DNA of 64,000 nucleotides from an uncultured Atopobiaceae bacterium (GTDB taxonomy: Bacteria > Actinomycetota > Coriobacteriia > Coriobacteriales > Atopobiaceae): NCBI GenBank assembly GCA_947625235.1, contig CANQNP010000001.1, positions 6,356 through 70,355 on the forward strand, written 5' to 3'. Under the pieces are notes generated by a model that was not told where the DNA came from, ran no database searches, and saw only the letters and a list, made by a program, of their open reading frames with translations. A program made the translations under genes and the position numbers. Of this stretch, positions 20,662 through 30,780 are shown in pieces (position 1 is the stretch's first letter; each line of letters starts with the position of its first letter).

Positions 20662-23238
20662 CTAGCTCGTGCGCGCCACCTCGACGATGCGGTAGGTCTC
20701 CACCACGTCGCCGATGTGGAAGTCCTGGAAGTTCTCGAACGACAGGCCGCACTCGTAGCCCGCGCGCACGCTCGGCACGTCGTCCTTATACCGGCGCATC
20801 GAGGCGAAGGTGCCGTCGTAGACGACGACGCCATTGCGCACGATGCGCACGCGGTCATCACGCGAGATCTCGCCCTGCGTGACCATGCAGCCCGCCGCGA
20901 CGCCCACCTTCGGCACCTTGAAGGTCTCGCGAACCTCGGCCTCGCCCGTCTCACGCTCTTCCTCGGTGGGCTTGAGCATGCCGATGCGCGCCGCGTCGAT
21001 GTCCTCGATGGCCTGGTAGATGACGGAGTAGGTGCGGATCTCCACGCCGTCGCGCTCGGCAAGGGCGCGCGCCTTGGCCTCGGGCCGCACGCCGAAGCCG
21101 ATGATGACGGCGTCGGAGGCGGAGGCGAGGATGACGTCGGTCTCCGTGATGCCACCCACGGCGCCGTGGATGACGTTGATCTTGACCTCGGACTGGTCGA
21201 TCTTCGCGAGCGCGTCGCGAAGGGCCTCGATCGAGCCCTGCACGTCGGCCTTGACGACGAGGTTGAGTTCGGCGACCTCGCCTTCGTCCATCGTGTCGAA
21301 GAGGTTCTCGAGCGTCACTTTGTGCGTGGCGTTCTGCTCCTCGATGCGGGCCTTGAGGGCGCGCTGCTCCGCGAGATCGCGGGCATCGCGCTCGTCCTGG
21401 AACACGCGGAACTCGTCGCCCGCCGCCGGCACGGAGGAGAGGCCGAGAATCTCGACGGCGTCGGACGGGCCGGCGCTCTTCACGTTCTTGCCGTGCTGGT
21501 CGAGCATGGCGCGCACGCGGCCATGGCTCATACCGGCCACCACGGCATCGCCCACATGGAGCGTGCCGCGGTTCACGAGAAGCGTCGCCACGGCGCCGCG
21601 ACCACGGTCGAGCTTCGCCTCGAGCACGTAGCCTGAGGCGAAGGTGTTTGGATTGGCCTTGAGCTCGAGCACGTCCGCCTGGAGCAGCACCGTCTCCAAG
21701 AGCTCGTCGATGCCGATCTTCTTCTTCGCGGAGATGTTCACGAACATGTTCTCGCCACCCCACTCCTCGGGGATGACCTCGTATTCCGTGAGCTCCTGGC
21801 GCACGCGATCCGGATTCGCGTCTTCGCGGTCGATCTTGTTCACCGCCACGACGATGGGCACCTTCGCCGCACGCGCGTGGTTGATGGATTCGATGGTCTG
21901 CGGCATCACGCCGTCATCGGCGGCGACGACGAGGATGACGATGTCCGTCACCTTCGCGCCGCGGGCGCGCATGGCCGTGAAGGTCTCGTGGCCGGGCGTG
22001 TCGACGAAGGTGATCTTGCGCCCGTCGATCTCCACCTGCGAGGCGCCGATGTGCTGGGTGATGCCGCCCGCCTCGGAGGCGACGACGCCGGTGTCGCGGA
22101 TGGCGTCGAGGAGCGACGTCTTGCCGTGGTCGACGTGGCCCATGACGGTGACGACCGGGGAGCGCGGCAGGAGGTCGGCGGGATCGTCGTAGAAGGTGAA
22201 GGAGTTCTCCTCCTCCTTCGTCATCACGCGCACCTCGCGCCCGAGGTCGTCGGCCACGAGCTCGATGAGGTCGTCGGTCATGGATTGCGTCATGGTGAGC
22301 GGCGTGCCGAGGAGGAAGAGGCGCTTCACGATGTCGGCGGCGTCCACGTTCAGGAGCTGGGCGAGCTCGGCCACGGTGGAGCCCTGCGGCACCTTGACGG
22401 TGCCGAGCTGCGAGACGTCCTGGTCGTTGGCGATGGCCTCGGCTATCGCCCGCTCCTCCTCGCGCTGCGCCTGCTGTTGCTGGCGACGTTCCTTGCGCTT
22501 CTTGCGGCGACCGGTGGAGGCGCGGTTCGCCTCCTCCACCTGCGCCCTCGCGTCCTCGAGCACGCGCTCGCGGTTGTACTCCTCCGCGGCGCGCGCCATG
22601 CGCGCGTAGCGATCCTCGTTCTCCTGGCCCTTGCGGCGGCGAGATCCGCGTCCTCGGCGATCCTGCCCGGTGCGCTCGGGCTCGGGCATGGGCACGGGAC
22701 GCTTCTCGTGGGCTTGGCGGGGCGCGCCCTGGCCACGCGCCGCGTCCTTGGCGCGCGCGGACGCCTCCGCCTGCTGCTTCAAGACCTCTTCCTGCTGGGC
22801 GATCTGCGAGAGCAGGCTGTCGAAGGAGGGCGAGAGCTTCGGCGCGTTGTCGCGCACGCGATTCTTCTCCTCCTCCGCGCGCTTGCGCTCCTCCTCGGCG
22901 GCCTTCTCCGCCTCGCGGCGCTTGCGCTCCTCCTCGGCCGCCTTGCGCTCCTCGGCCCGACGGCGCTCCGCCTCGAGGCGCTCCGCCTCGCGGCGCTTGC
23001 GCTCCTCCTCGGCGGCCCTCGCGGCCTCTTCCTCCTCGGCCTTCTTCTGCGCGAGGATCTCGTCCTGGCGAGCCTTGAGGATGGGACCGAGCTTCTGCTT
23101 GGCCATCGACACGTAGGCGGGCACGAGCCCCGATGAGGGCGACTTCGCCGGAATACCCATTTCAGCGAGGTAGCCCAAGAGCTCCTTGCTCGACATGCCA
23201 AGGTCCTTGGCGAGCTTGTGGACGGGCGTGTTTGCCAT
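20662..23238 (-). CDS. infB: Translation initiation factor IF-2
   Basis: 858-aa ORF with G domain [17 protein letters not shown] and NKID. The N-terminal region is a charged ERKRREAE repeat. Confidence 0.95.
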   Translation of the reverse strand: MANTPVHKLAKDLGMSSKELLGYLAEMGIPAKSPSSGLVPAYVSMAKQKLGPILKARQDEILAQKKAEEEEAARAAEEERKRREAERLEAERRRAEERKAAEEERKRREAEKAAEEERKRAEEEKNRVRDNAPKLSPSFDSLLSQIAQQEEVLKQQAEASARAKDAARGQGAPRQAHEKRPVPMPEPERTGQDRRGRGSRRRKGQENEDRYARMARAAEEYNRERVLEDARAQVEEANRASTGRRKKRKERRQQQQAQREEERAIAEAIANDQDVSQLGTVKVPQGSTVAELAQLLNVDAADIVKRLFLLGTPLTMTQSMTDDLIELVADDLGREVRVMTKEEENSFTFYDDPADLLPRSPVVTVMGHVDHGKTSLLDAIRDTGVVASEAGGITQHIGASQVEIDGRKITFVDTPGHETFTAMRARGAKVTDIVILVVAADDGVMPQTIESINHARAAKVPIVVAVNKIDREDANPDRVRQELTEYEVIPEEWGGENMFVNISAKKKIGIDELLETVLLQADVLELKANPNTFASGYVLEAKLDRGRGAVATLLVNRGTLHVGDAVVAGMSHGRVRAMLDQHGKNVKSAGPSDAVEILGLSSVPAAGDEFRVFQDERDARDLAEQRALKARIEEQNATHKVTLENLFDTMDEGEVAELNLVVKADVQGSIEALRDALAKIDQSEVKINVIHGAVGGITETDVILASASDAVIIGFGVRPEAKARALAERDGVEIRTYSVIYQAIEDIDAARIGMLKPTEEERETGEAEVRETFKVPKVGVAAGCMVTQGEISRDDRVRIVRNGVVVYDGTFASMRRYKDDVPSVRAGYECGLSFENFQDFHIGDVVETYRIVEVARTS

Positions 23239-23284
23239 CTATTCGCTACCTTTCGAGAGGAAGGGCGTCGTTTCCTGGAGGGGA

Positions 23285-24505
23285 CTACACGAGGTCGAAG
23301 GCCTCGCCTTGGGCGGTTTCGTGAACGCCGCAGAAGTTGGAGCCCGGACGCGCCATGTTGCGGCAGCGCACGCCGTTCTCGTCCACGTACTTGCAGCGGT
23401 GGGAGCCCTCGTCGGCGATGAGGTCGTCCGCCTCATCCGCGAAGGAATTCGGGAAGAGGCCCTGGGCGAGCTCCTCGTTCTTGATGTCGATCCTCCAGCC
23501 CGTGAGCTTCGCGGCGAGGCGGGCGTTCTGCCCGTCCTTGCCGATCGCGAGCGAGAGCTGGTCATTCGGCACGATGGCGGTGGCGTGGCGGGTCTTCTCG
23601 TCGATGAGCACGCGGTTCACCTTCGCCGGCGAGAGCGCCTCGGCCACGCAGCGGGCGGGATCGTCGGACCACTGCACCACGTCCACGCGCTCGCCCCTGA
23701 GCTCGGAGACCACGGAGCGCACGCGCGAGCCCTTCGGCCCCACGCACGCCCCCACCGGGTCGAGGCGGGAATCGATCGACGCGACGGCCACCTTCGAGCG
23801 CACGCCGGGTTCGCGGGCGATGGAGCGGATCTCCACCACGCCGTCATAGACCTCGGGCACCTCGAGCTCGAACAGGCGTCGCACGAAATCGGGGTTCGTG
23901 CGGCTCACGATGATGGACGGCCTCGAACGGCGGGTGGGCTCGCCCTCGTTCGGGTTCTTCACGTCCACGATCACGGCCTTCAGGCCCTTGTCCTTCGTGA
24001 GGTAGCGCTCGCCGCGAGGGCGCTCGTTGCGCTCATCGGGGTGGCGCCTCGTGTCGAAGTGCGGAAGCTCGGCCTCCACGCCCTTGCGAATCTGCAGGAT
24101 CGTGAAGTCGAGCGTGGACTGGATCACGTCGCCGGAGATGAGGTCGCCGATCCTATTGGAGAACTCCTCGTAGATGCGCTCCTTCTTCACGCGATCCACG
24201 ATGGCCATGATCTCGGCCTTGGCGTTGTGGGCGGCGATGCGCGAGGTGTCCTCGGGGGTGACGTCCTCGTAGTCGAACTCGGTGTACTCGCCGGTTTCGG
24301 GGTCGGGCTCGCCCTTGGGCACGATCTTCGACACGTAGATGTTGCCGGTGGCCTTGTCGATCGTCACCTCGGCCCCGTATTCGAGGTTCATGATGTCGGC
24401 ATAGCTCTTGGCCAGCGACTTCTCGAGCCGGTCGATGAGGTAGTACTGGTCGATGCCCCGCTCCTGGCAGAGGGCCATCAACGCTTCCATCATCTCTGAC
24501 GCCAT
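23285..24505 (-). CDS. nusA: Transcription termination/antitermination factor NusA with an extra C-terminal Cys3His tail
   Basis: ORF 23285..24637. Start at ATG 24505 (MASEMMEALMALCQERGID). NTD, S1 and KH1-KH2 are recognisable (GACVGPKGSRV...; IGKDGQNARLAAKLTGWRIDI). It ends with HRCKYVDENGVRCRNMARPGSNFCGVHE. Confidence 0.92.
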   Translation of the reverse strand: MASEMMEALMALCQERGIDQYYLIDRLEKSLAKSYADIMNLEYGAEVTIDKATGNIYVSKIVPKGEPDPETGEYTEFDYEDVTPEDTSRIAAHNAKAEIMAIVDRVKKERIYEEFSNRIGDLISGDVIQSTLDFTILQIRKGVEAELPHFDTRRHPDERNERPRGERYLTKDKGLKAVIVDVKNPNEGEPTRRSRPSIIVSRTNPDFVRRLFELEVPEVYDGVVEIRSIAREPGVRSKVAVASIDSRLDPVGACVGPKGSRVRSVVSELRGERVDVVQWSDDPARCVAEALSPAKVNRVLIDEKTRHATAIVPNDQLSLAIGKDGQNARLAAKLTGWRIDIKNEELAQGLFPNSFADEADDLIADEGSHRCKYVDENGVRCRNMARPGSNFCGVHETAQGEAFDLV

Positions 24506-24563
24506 GGGTTCCTCACGCTTTCTCGTGGTATTTGCGGATGCCGCGCGTCGTGCGCATCCTGTG

Positions 24564-25037
24564 CTAGAGGTCGTCGTAGTCGGGTTGGAGTTGCGCCTTC
24601 TGGATCTCCTCGATGGGGAGCTCGAAGCGCTCGCCATCCACCTCGAGGACGAGCACGCCGCCTTCGGCCGAGACGATCTCGCCGGTAAAGGAGCGCCTCC
24701 CCGTAAAGCCGGCCATCTTCACCTGGGCTCGCTGCCCCGCATAGCGCGCGAAATCGCGCGCGCGCCGAAGCGGGCGGGCGAGCCCGGGAGAGCTCACCTC
24801 CAAGGTGTAGGGGCCCGGGATGAGGCCGGTTGCCTCGACGGCCGCGTCCACCCACGCGTTTGCGCGGGCGAGCTCGCCGAGGTCGATCGGGCCGTCATCG
24901 GGATTGGCGTGGTCGAGGTACACGCGCAGGAGCGGCGCCTTGTTCGCGCCGGCAAGTTCCACGTCCACCACGTCGAGGGCCTCCGGGGCCGCCTTCTCAA
25001 GCGCCTCGATGAGCCTCGCCCTCTGGTCGAGAGCCAC
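24564..25037 (-). CDS. rimP: Ribosome maturation factor RimP
   Basis: ORF 24564..25124 with the LEVSSPGLARPL motif. GTG 25037 has GGGGAGGAAACC immediately upstream. First gene of the nusA operon. Confidence 0.85.
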   Translation of the reverse strand: MALDQRARLIEALEKAAPEALDVVDVELAGANKAPLLRVYLDHANPDDGPIDLGELARANAWVDAAVEATGLIPGPYTLEVSSPGLARPLRRARDFARYAGQRAQVKMAGFTGRRSFTGEIVSAEGGVLVLEVDGERFELPIEEIQKAQLQPDYDDL

Positions 25038-25056
25038 GGTTTCCTCCCCTCTTCCA

Positions 25057-25092
25057 ACAAAAAGGAAGCGGGGCGAGAGCTCGCTCCACTTC
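25057..25092 (-). terminator. Intrinsic terminator/attenuator in the rimP-nusA leader
   Basis: The minus-strand RNA reads GGAAGUGGAGCGAG-AGCU-CUCGCCCCGCUUCC-UUUUUGUUGG. That is 13 of 14 pairs followed by a U-run, ending about 12 nt before the rimP SD. Confidence 0.7.
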
Positions 25093-25123
25093 CTCGCGGA
25101 AGACCTTGTAGATCGGCACGCCA

Positions 25124-25152
25124 AGTATGGATTTGCGCCGCGTGCGGGTCAA
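25124..25152 (-). promoter_or_regulatory. Candidate promoter of the rimP-nusA-infB operon
   Basis: On the minus strand: TTGACC (25152-25147), 17-nt spacer, CATACT (25129-25124). This would give a leader of about 80 nt containing the terminator above. Confidence 0.4.
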
Positions 25153-25204
25153 GCGAGCCGTCCCGCGCAAACAACTTCGCCAAACTTCGCCCGTGCGGGG
25201 CCGC

Positions 25205-26482
25205 CTATTCGCCCACCTTGAAGAACGGCACGTCCGTCTGCTCGTCGAAGAAGTCCACGAGCTTGCCCTCATCGTCGAAGGTGAGGGTGACGGTGCGCGT
25301 GTCCTCGGAGCCCTCGGCGCCCGCGCCGGGAAGGCCCGACCAATCCCAATCCACGGTGACCTCCGCCGTGACCTGCCGCTTCTCGGAGTCGACGGTGAGG
25401 TCGGTGCTCACGATGGAGCGCGGGAGGCTCTGCAGCTCAGCCGGCTGGTCCAAGAATCGCCCGCCGCGCTTCACGAGCTCCCACCACACGTCATGGGCGC
25501 CCTTGCCCGCCACGTCGCTCTCGCTCGAGAGGAGCGGGAGGAGCGCGTTTCCGATGGCGTCATCGGCGGGATTGGCGTTGTAGATCGCATCCAGCACGGC
25601 CGTGGCGGCGTTCGCGTAGAACTCCTCGGGCGAGCAGGCGACCTTCGCCACGACCGTCGTCCCCACCTCGACGGAGGCCCCCGCCGCCGGATCCTGCCCG
25701 ACGATCGTGCCCACCTTCTGGCCATCCGTGGCGAGCGCATCCTGCGTGGCGAGCTTGAGGAGGAGCGTGACGAGCTCGGAGGAGGCCTCGTCGGGGGTGA
25801 GCCCCGAGAGGTCGGGCACGACCGGACGCTTCGCCACGATCACCTGCACCACTGCATCCCTGCCGATCGCGCTTCCGCTCGCGATGCTCGAGGAGATGAC
25901 CGTACCGTCCACCTCATCGGAGAGCTGCTCGGTGGCCTCGTAGGCGATGCCGAGGGACTCAAGCTCCGATTGCACCTCCGACCAGGGCCTGCCCACGATG
26001 TCGGGCATCGCGATGGAGCTCGAGACTCGGATGATGACCTCGGAGTACTTCGGTCGGGGCGTGCCTGGCGCGGGCTCTTGGGAGACGACGAGCCCCGAGG
26101 TGCCGTCCTCGGAGAGCACATCCTCCACGACGGCCGTGTAGCCGAGCTTGGCGAGCTCCTCCTCCGCGCGCTCCCTGTTCCATCCCACGAGGTCGGGGAC
26201 GCTGAGCTCGCCTTCCGTGCCGAAGCCGCTCGTGGCGTAGTAGAGGAGCGCGCCGAAGCCCACGACGAGAACGATCCCCACGAACACCTGGAAGTAGCGG
26301 CGACGCTTGCCCTGCGTATTGCCCTTGCCGATGCCCGTGAGGCCCTCGACGTTCTTGCGCGAGGCCGCGGCCTTGCTCCCGCGAATGGAGTCGGTGGGGT
26401 TCGAGAGGTTCGCCCCGCAGTGGGGGCATCGGGCGGGAAGCATCCCCTCGCCCAGATATCTCCCGCACTTGGGACAGTCCAC
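25205..26482 (-). CDS. Zinc-ribbon / single-TM / triple-PASTA domain protein with an unassigned C-terminal domain (no kinase or transpeptidase domain)
   Basis: 425-aa ORF. CPKCG...CPHCG at the N-terminus and a TM segment FQVFVGIVLVVGFGALLYY. Three repeats of about 65 aa start VPDLVGW, MPDIVGR and VPDLSGL (PASTA pattern). The final ~135 aa are unassigned. AGGAGG lies 4-5 nt before GTG 26482. Confidence 0.8.
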   Translation of the reverse strand: MDCPKCGRYLGEGMLPARCPHCGANLSNPTDSIRGSKAAASRKNVEGLTGIGKGNTQGKRRRYFQVFVGIVLVVGFGALLYYATSGFGTEGELSVPDLVGWNRERAEEELAKLGYTAVVEDVLSEDGTSGLVVSQEPAPGTPRPKYSEVIIRVSSSIAMPDIVGRPWSEVQSELESLGIAYEATEQLSDEVDGTVISSSIASGSAIGRDAVVQVIVAKRPVVPDLSGLTPDEASSELVTLLLKLATQDALATDGQKVGTIVGQDPAAGASVEVGTTVVAKVACSPEEFYANAATAVLDAIYNANPADDAIGNALLPLLSSESDVAGKGAHDVWWELVKRGGRFLDQPAELQSLPRSIVSTDLTVDSEKRQVTAEVTVDWDWSGLPGAGAEGSEDTRTVTLTFDDEGKLVDFFDEQTDVPFFKVGE

Positions 26483-26551
26483 GCGTCCTCCTATGGAAGT
26501 GGCCCCTCGCCTCGGCCCTGAAACTCGCGCGAGCGCCAGAGCCGAGCCTCG

Positions 26552-29101
26552 CTAGCAGACGATGTTCACGAGCCTGCCCGGCACCGTGATGACCTTGCGA
26601 ATGGGCGCGGCGCCGATGCGGTCGGCCACGGCGGCGATGGCTCGGGTCTCGAGCTCGTCTTTATCGATGTCCACCGGCACCGTGATCCTCGCGCGCACCT
26701 TCCCCTTCACCTGCACCGCGATCTCCACCTCGCTCGTCTTTGCCTGCGCCTCGTCGAAGGCGGGCCAAGGCTCGTCGTAGACCGAGGTGGCAAAGCCGAG
26801 CGCCTCGTGGTAGAGCTCCTCGGCCACGAAGGGGCAGATGGGCGCGAGGAGCGCCACGAGATCACGCGCGACGAGCGCCATGAGATGGGCGTTGCGCCCC
26901 TCCTCCGGCACGTTCGCGAGATAGGACGACGCCGCGTTGGCGAGCTCCATGATGGCCGAGATGGCCGTGTTGTACTGGGCGCGTTCGAAGTCGCGCGTGC
27001 AGCGAAGGCCGAGGCTGTGGAGGGCGTGGTTGAGCTCGGCATCCGCGCCGGTGAGCGTCGCGGGGTCGATGCCCGCTCCGCCCTTCGGCCAGCCCTCGCC
27101 CGCCAACTCGAAGACGAGGCGCCACGCGCGCTTGATGAAGCGGTTGCACCCCGCCACGGCCTTGGGATCCCAATCGAAGTCCTTCACGGGCGGCGCCACG
27201 AAGAGGACCGCCATGCGCATCGTGTCGGCGCCGTAGGGCTCGATCACGGACGCGGGCGGCACGACGTTTCCGAGGGACTTGCTCATCACGCGCCCCTCCT
27301 CGTCCTTCACCATCCCCTGGCAGAGGAGGTTCGTGAAGGGCTCGGAGAAGTCGAGCATGCCGAGGTCCCTCAACACGCGCGTCCAGAAGCGCGAGTAGAG
27401 GAGGTGGAGGATCGCGTGCTCGATGCCGCCGATGTAGTTGTCGACGGGCATCCAGCGCGCGGCCGCCTCCTTGGCGAAGGGCGCCTCGTCGTTATGCGGA
27501 TCGCAATAGCGCAGGTAGTACCAACTGGAATCGCAGAAGGTGTCCATCGTGTCGGTCTCGCGCCTCGCGGGAGCGCCGCACACGGGGCAGGTCGTCTCGT
27601 AGAACTCGGGGCACTCCGCGAGCGTCTCGCCCGCGGCGAGGTCGAGCGTGGCGGGAAGGACGATCGGGAGGTCCTCCTCGGGCACGGGCACGATGCCGCA
27701 GTGCGGGCAGTGCACCGCGGGGATCGGCGTGCCCCAATAGCGCTGGCGCGAGATGAGCCAGTCGCGCAGGCGCCATTCGACCTTCGCCTCGCCGAGGCCG
27801 CGCTCGCCAAGCCACGCGATGATCGCGGCCACGGCCTCGGAGCCATGCCCGCCCCTCATGCCCGTGAACGGGCCGGATTGCACGAGGTAGCCCTCGGCGG
27901 CCATCGCGTGGTCCCACGGCACGTCCATGACGACGAGGTCGGTTTGGTCCTTGAGCTCGGCGAAGAGCGGGTCGTCCTCCTCCATCACCACCGGCGGGAT
28001 GGGGAGGCCGTACTTACGCGCGAATTGGAAGTCGCGCTCGTCGCCCGACGGCACGCCCATGACGGCGCCCGTGCCGTAGTCGGTGAGCACGTAGTCCGCC
28101 ACCCAGATGGGCAGCAGCCGTCCGTTCACGGGATTCACCACGTACCTGCCGGTGAAGGCGCCGTGCTTCTCGCGCTCGGTGGCCTGGCGCTCGAAGGTGC
28201 TCGCCTGCGCGGCGATCTCGCACACCTTCGCCACCTCGGCGCGATGCGCCTCGTCCACGAGCTCGTCGAGGCCCGCGTATTCGGGCGAGAGCAGGAAGAA
28301 CGTCGCGCCGAAGAGCGTGTCCGGGCGCGTCGTGAAGACGGTGAACGTGCGATCCGTGGGCGCGCCCGCCCCGTCCGCGAGCGCGAAGGCGATGTTGGCG
28401 CCCTCGGAGCGGCCGATCCAGTTGCGCTGCATCTGCTTCACGCGCTCGGGCCAGCCGGTGAGCTCGTCGAGTCCCTCCAGGAGCTCCTCGGCGTAGTCGG
28501 TGATCTTCAGGTACCACTGCTCGAGCTCGCGGCGCTCGGGGACGCTCCCGCACCTCCAGCACACGCCATCCACCACCTGCTCGTTTGCGAGCACGGTCGC
28601 GCACGAGGGGCACCAGTTCACGGGGGAGGTCTTGCGGCAGACGAGCCCCCTCTCCCACATCTTCAGGAAGAGCCACTGCTCCCAGCGGTAGTAGGAGGGA
28701 TCGCAGGTGCGCACGAGGCGATCGAAGTCGTAGGAGAAGCCCATGCGCCGCATCGTCGCGAGCGACGTGGCCATGTTCTTCTCCGTCCAGGCGCCGGGCT
28801 GCGTGTGGTGCTTGATGGCGGCGTTTTCCGCGGGCAGCCCGAAGGCGTCGAAGCCCATCGGGTGGAGCACGTCGTAGCCGGCCATCCTCGCCTGGCGCGC
28901 CATGGCGTCGCCCATGGCGTAGTTCCTCGCGTGGCCCATGTGGAGGTCGCCCGAAGGGTACGGGAACATCTCGAGCACGTAGCGCTTGGGCTTGTCGGGG
29001 TCCTCCTCGGTCTTGAAGAGCTCCGTCTCCTCCCAGATGCGCTGCCACTTGCCCTCTATGGCCTGGGCGTCGTAGTCGGGGATCCTCTTCTCCGTCTCCA
29101 C
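26552..29101 (-). CDS. leuS: Leucine--tRNA ligase
   Basis: 849-aa ORF with HMGHARNY (HIGH) and VMSKSLGN (KMSKS) motifs. GGAGGT lies 6 nt before GTG 29101. Confidence 0.95.
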   Translation of the reverse strand: METEKRIPDYDAQAIEGKWQRIWEETELFKTEEDPDKPKRYVLEMFPYPSGDLHMGHARNYAMGDAMARQARMAGYDVLHPMGFDAFGLPAENAAIKHHTQPGAWTEKNMATSLATMRRMGFSYDFDRLVRTCDPSYYRWEQWLFLKMWERGLVCRKTSPVNWCPSCATVLANEQVVDGVCWRCGSVPERRELEQWYLKITDYAEELLEGLDELTGWPERVKQMQRNWIGRSEGANIAFALADGAGAPTDRTFTVFTTRPDTLFGATFFLLSPEYAGLDELVDEAHRAEVAKVCEIAAQASTFERQATEREKHGAFTGRYVVNPVNGRLLPIWVADYVLTDYGTGAVMGVPSGDERDFQFARKYGLPIPPVVMEEDDPLFAELKDQTDLVVMDVPWDHAMAAEGYLVQSGPFTGMRGGHGSEAVAAIIAWLGERGLGEAKVEWRLRDWLISRQRYWGTPIPAVHCPHCGIVPVPEEDLPIVLPATLDLAAGETLAECPEFYETTCPVCGAPARRETDTMDTFCDSSWYYLRYCDPHNDEAPFAKEAAARWMPVDNYIGGIEHAILHLLYSRFWTRVLRDLGMLDFSEPFTNLLCQGMVKDEEGRVMSKSLGNVVPPASVIEPYGADTMRMAVLFVAPPVKDFDWDPKAVAGCNRFIKRAWRLVFELAGEGWPKGGAGIDPATLTGADAELNHALHSLGLRCTRDFERAQYNTAISAIMELANAASSYLANVPEEGRNAHLMALVARDLVALLAPICPFVAEELYHEALGFATSVYDEPWPAFDEAQAKTSEVEIAVQVKGKVRARITVPVDIDKDELETRAIAAVADRIGAAPIRKVITVPGRLVNIVC

Positions 29102-29132
29102 CCTCTACCTCCGTGGTCTCATCTCGGGAAAG

Positions 29133-30671
29133 CTACGAGCGGAATTTCGCGCCCACGGAGGTGATGGCGTCCTTCAGCACGACATCGTGCGCGCCGCCCT
29201 CCACGAGCGAGGTCGCGCTCACGAGGGTGAGCTTGGCCTTGCGCTTCAGCTCCGGAATGGTCATCGCGCCGCAGTTGCACATCGTCGAGCGCACCTTGGC
29301 GAGCGAGTTCTGCACGTTCTCCTTGAGCGGGCCGGCGTAGGGCACGAAGCTGTCCACGCCCTCCTCGAAGGAGAGCTTCGCCTCGCCGCCGAGGTCGTAG
29401 CGCGCCCAGTTCCTCGCGCGGCTCGAGCCCTCGCCCCAGTACTCCTTCATGTAGGTGCCGTTCACGCTCACGCGCTGCCCCGGGCTCTCGTCGAAGCGCG
29501 CGAAGTAGCGCCCGAGCATGAGGAAGTCGGCCCCCATCGCGAGCGCGAGGGTCATGTGGTAGTCGTAGACGATGCCACCGTCCGAGCACACCGGCACGTA
29601 GATGCCGGTCTCCTCTGCGTAGGCGTCGCGCGCCTGGCACACGTCGATGAGCGCGGAGGCCTGCCCGCGCCCGATGCCCTTCTGCTCGCGCGTGATGCAG
29701 ATGGAGCCGCCGCCGATGCCCACCTTCACGAAGTCCGCACCGGCCTCGGCGAGGAAGCGGAAGCCCTCGGCGTCCACGACGTTGCCCGCGCCCACGTAGA
29801 CGGAATGGCCGTAGCGCTTGCGGATCCACGTGAGCGTGCGCTCCTGCCACTCCGAGAAGCCCTCGGAGGAATCGATGCAGAGCACGTCGGCGCCCGCGTC
29901 GACGAGCGCCGGCACGCGCTCCTCGTAGTCGCGCGTGTTGATGCCGGCGCCCACGAGGTAGCGCTTCGAGCCGTCGAGGAGCTCGAGCGGATTCGACTTG
30001 TGCATGTCGTAGTCCTTGCGGAAGATGAGGCCCGCGAGGAAGCCCTCCCCGTCCACAAGCGGGAGCTGGTTCAGCTTGTTGTCCCAGATGATGTCGTTCG
30101 CCTCGGAGAGCGTGAGGTCCGCGGATCCCACGATGAGGCGATCGAGCGGCGTCATGAAGTCGCGCACCCTCTTGGCGGGATCGTCGCGCGAGGGGCGCCA
30201 ATCCCTCGAAGTCACGATGCCGAGCAGTCGTCCCGTGGCGGTGCCGTCGTCGGTGACGGGCATGCACGAGTGGCCGGTCTTGCGCTTGAGCGCGATCACG
30301 TCGGCGAGCGTCATGTCGGGCGTGAGGTTCGAATCGGAGTTCACGACGCCCGCCTTGTACGCCTTCACCTGGCGCACCATCTCGGCTTCGTCCTCCGTGG
30401 CCTGCGAGCCGAAGATGAACGAGATGCCGCCCTCGCGCGCGAGCGCGATCGCGAGCTCGGGGCCCGAGACCGATTGCATGATGGCCGAGGTGAGCGGCAC
30501 GTTCAGCGTGATGGGACTCTCCTCGCCCACGCGATGGCGCACGAGCGGGGTCGCAAGCGACACGTTGGCGGGGATGCACGCGGACGAGGAATAGCCGGGC
30601 ACCAAGAGGTATTCGGAAAACGTGTGCGAGGTGCCGGGAAAGAATTCTGCCAACGGATCTCCTCTACGCAT
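29133..30671 (-). CDS. guaB: IMP dehydrogenase (CBS-pair containing)
   Basis: 512-aa ORF. Catalytic loop [23 protein letters not shown] and a CBS insertion (residues about 110-230). Confidence 0.88.
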   Translation of the reverse strand: MRRGDPLAEFFPGTSHTFSEYLLVPGYSSSACIPANVSLATPLVRHRVGEESPITLNVPLTSAIMQSVSGPELAIALAREGGISFIFGSQATEDEAEMVRQVKAYKAGVVNSDSNLTPDMTLADVIALKRKTGHSCMPVTDDGTATGRLLGIVTSRDWRPSRDDPAKRVRDFMTPLDRLIVGSADLTLSEANDIIWDNKLNQLPLVDGEGFLAGLIFRKDYDMHKSNPLELLDGSKRYLVGAGINTRDYEERVPALVDAGADVLCIDSSEGFSEWQERTLTWIRKRYGHSVYVGAGNVVDAEGFRFLAEAGADFVKVGIGGGSICITREQKGIGRGQASALIDVCQARDAYAEETGIYVPVCSDGGIVYDYHMTLALAMGADFLMLGRYFARFDESPGQRVSVNGTYMKEYWGEGSSRARNWARYDLGGEAKLSFEEGVDSFVPYAGPLKENVQNSLAKVRSTMCNCGAMTIPELKRKAKLTLVSATSLVEGGAHDVVLKDAITSVGAKFRS

Positions 30672-30780
30672 CGATGGCGATGGTTCGAAGGAACCCCGCC
30701 GCCTTCTTCTGGGATGTTCGGCGTGCCTTGAAGGGGATTATAGGCGGCGATCGGGTCCTTCGAGCAAGTGGACGCGGCCT

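Noticed and set aside
22850-23050. Repeated cgcggcgcttgcgctcctcctcggc units in infB.
   Set aside because: They encode the charged [15 protein letters not shown] low-complexity N-terminal region that is common in IF-2. I see nothing beyond codon-level repetition.
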